From an uncultured Bacilli bacterium (lineage in GTDB: Bacteria > Bacillota_I > Bacilli_A > RFN20 > CAG-826), in the NCBI GenBank assembly GCA_944375905.1, contig CALWAS010000018.1:1120-65119 (forward strand): a stretch of 64,000 nt of DNA. Reading direction: 5' to 3'. Below the pieces are notes generated by a model, which did no database searches, had not been told where the DNA came from, and saw only the letters and a list, made by a program, of their open reading frames with translations. How positions within the stretch are numbered: the first letter of the stretch is position 1; each line of letters opens with the position of its first letter. Shown in pieces: positions 62,292-64,000 of the stretch. The position numbers and the translations under genes are program-made.

Positions 62292-63861
62292 TTTTCCGAT
62301 ACTCCATCGGCGATTTGCCAACGATTTTCTTGAAGCAGTGACTGAAGTAGTATGGATCGTCGTATCCGACTTCGAGCGCGATCTCAGCTATCGGGCGCTC
62401 GCTTTGAAGAAGCCTTTTCTTCGCCTCCTCCATGCGAAGGGAGGATAGGGCCTTCGTAAAGGAATTGTCATGGCGCTTCAAGATCGCCGAGACATAGGAG
62501 AGGCTATATCCGAGAGACGAAGCCAGAAGCGGAAGGCTCAAATTCCGATCGCGGTAGTTTTCCTTGATGTAGTTGAGAACGGCTTCGTAAGCCTCGTCGA
62601 CCCCGCCCTTTCTTTTCTTGCCGTTTATTTCGGTAATGCGGTCGACAATCGATGACATGGCATTGGAAACGGCTGCCGCCCCGCGGGCCGAGAAAACCAT
62701 TTCGGTCATCTCGATGTGAGTCATGTACCCTTCGTAGAATTGGTCAAGGGCCAAGCATCCCTTGAGGATGGCGTCGACGATGTTGTTGGCAATTAGGAAA
62801 TAGGAATCGCGGAAGTCTTCATTCGAAATGGCATTCACCAGCCGACGGATGGCGTCTTTTGCCTCGTCGGCCTTGCCAGAAAGAATCAGGGAAGTAAGTC
62901 TTCGGTATTCGTTCTCGTCGACTTTGCCGACGGTCGAGGGGTGCTTTTGGAGATCATCGTAGAAAAGAGCCACCCCCTGACCGACGACGGTCCGGTATTC
63001 AAGCGCCCAGCGGGCGTGACGATAAAGTTTGCGGTAAGAGAACGGCTCGGAAAGGCTCGCCCAGTCGCTGACCCCGCACGAAATGACGAGCCCCGACGAC
63101 TTGTTGAACCGACCTATGACAAGGCGGAGGCGCCTGGCGAATTTCTCCTTGTCGTATGGATGGTTTGAAACGACGAGCACGACCTTGGAAGGCGGCATCG
63201 AATAGGAATATCCGCGAAGGTCGTCGAACTCTTCGTCGAGGAGACGCGAAAGTTCGCCTTCCATCGCTTCCGATTCATCGAGAGTCAGCTCATTCTCGTC
63301 CTTGTCGGGGTCGAAAGCGACAACGAGGACGCCTTCCCCGCTTAAGTCAATGCCGTCGGCCTTCAGTTTCGACTCGAAAGCCGGAGGAACGTCCTTGAGG
63401 GTCAATAGTTTCTGAATATCGGCCTCCCAGTCGAGGCGATGATCGTCCTTCGATGCTTCTTTCTCTTTGGCAATCTCGAAATACTCGTCGAGTTTGGACT
63501 TGGCCTTGGAAAGGGAAGTCGCCATTTCCTCATAGTCGATCGGCTTGCTGATGTAGCCCACCACTCCTAACTCAATGCCTTTTTTGGCATAGTCGAAAGA
63601 ATCAAAGCCCGAGATGATAATCGATTGGACGACCGGCAGTTCCTGCTTGGCCCGCTCGATAAGCTCGAGCCCGTCCACGAAAGGCATCTTCACATCGGTA
63701 ATAATGAGATCTGGTTCCTGAGGTATTCCGTACATCAGTGCGTCATAGCCGTTTTCGTAACTGCCGAGCAAGCGAAAATCATCGGCAGCCCGCTTTTCCA
63801 AAAAGGAAACGATTCTTTCGCGGACGCTCGATTCGTCATCCACCACGATTACGCTATACAT
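62275..63861 (-). CDS. YesN-type response regulator (receiver plus AraC HTH)
   Basis: VVDDE, ITDVKMP..DG, SGFD.FDYA, KP. C-terminal EIA.EVGY.DPYYFS..FKK..G.SP.EYR. Start at ATG 63861. Confidence 0.93.
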   Translation of the reverse strand: MYSVIVVDDESSVRERIVSFLEKRAADDFRLLGSYENGYDALMYGIPQEPDLIITDVKMPFVDGLELIERAKQELPVVQSIIISGFDSFDYAKKGIELGVVGYISKPIDYEEMATSLSKAKSKLDEYFEIAKEKEASKDDHRLDWEADIQKLLTLKDVPPAFESKLKADGIDLSGEGVLVVAFDPDKDENELTLDESEAMEGELSRLLDEEFDDLRGYSYSMPPSKVVLVVSNHPYDKEKFARRLRLVIGRFNKSSGLVISCGVSDWASLSEPFSYRKLYRHARWALEYRTVVGQGVALFYDDLQKHPSTVGKVDENEYRRLTSLILSGKADEAKDAIRRLVNAISNEDFRDSYFLIANNIVDAILKGCLALDQFYEGYMTHIEMTEMVFSARGAAAVSNAMSSIVDRITEINGKKRKGGVDEAYEAVLNYIKENYRDRNLSLPLLASSLGYSLSYVSAILKRHDNSFTKALSSLRMEEAKKRLLQSERPIAEIALEVGYDDPYYFSHCFKKIVGKSPMEYRKNAEVS

Positions 63862-63887
63862 CTTTCTAATGATACCAAATTTGAAAG

Positions 63888-63903
63888 GGCTTTCATGAAA
63901 GCC
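63888..63903. promoter_or_regulatory. 16-bp perfect palindrome over the -35 region of the regulator operon
   Basis: GGCTTTCATGAAAGCC, upstream of an extended -10 (TGgTATCAT, minus strand 63877-63869). Confidence 0.5.
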
Positions 63904-64000
63904 AACGCAAAAACGGAAACCATTCGAGCCGCTCGTTCGCGGCCAACGATGAATCGCGACCTTAACAAAAAAGGTTCGAGCAGGCATTGTGCCATGTCAA

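Overview
Bacterial chromosomal window in the standard genetic code (TGA is used as stop, TGG as Trp). Gene content and order (pcrA-ligA-gatCAB, tsaE-tsaB-rimI-tsaD, asnS, ung, eno, lipoproteins) are Bacillota-type. A GC-rich, Mollicutes-adjacent Bacilli lineage is plausible, but that is inference only. (1) 1-25.5 kb: surface-polysaccharide locus with an AT-rich core (about 2.5-16 kb). It holds ugd (truncated by the edge), IspD/TarI-AraD-SDR plus LicD, several glycosyltransferases, an EpsG/Wzy polymerase, two Wzx flippases, FnlABC (UDP-L-FucNAc), an O-antigen-ligase-like protein, a priming transferase and galE. (2) 26-44 kb: housekeeping genes plus uncharacterised membrane proteins. (3) 44-51 kb: satellite glycan cluster (three GTs, a TupA-like ATP-grasp, a lipoprotein and a second ligase-like membrane protein). 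(4) 51-64 kb: eno, an antiporter, and an MglBAC transporter preceded by a binding-lipoprotein/histidine kinase/AraC-type response regulator module. Best candidates for novelty: a Wzx flippase fused in frame to a MacB/FtsX-type permease; an apparently inverted fnlC cassette bounded by degenerate inverted repeats; AraD embedded in a CDP-alditol module; two ligase-like (GT-C) proteins with no LCP or Wzz seen in the window; an MglC with a long coiled-coil extension; and many apparently leaderless genes. No CRISPR array, RNA gene, transposase or recombinase was recognised. All family calls come from reading motifs by eye; no database search was run.
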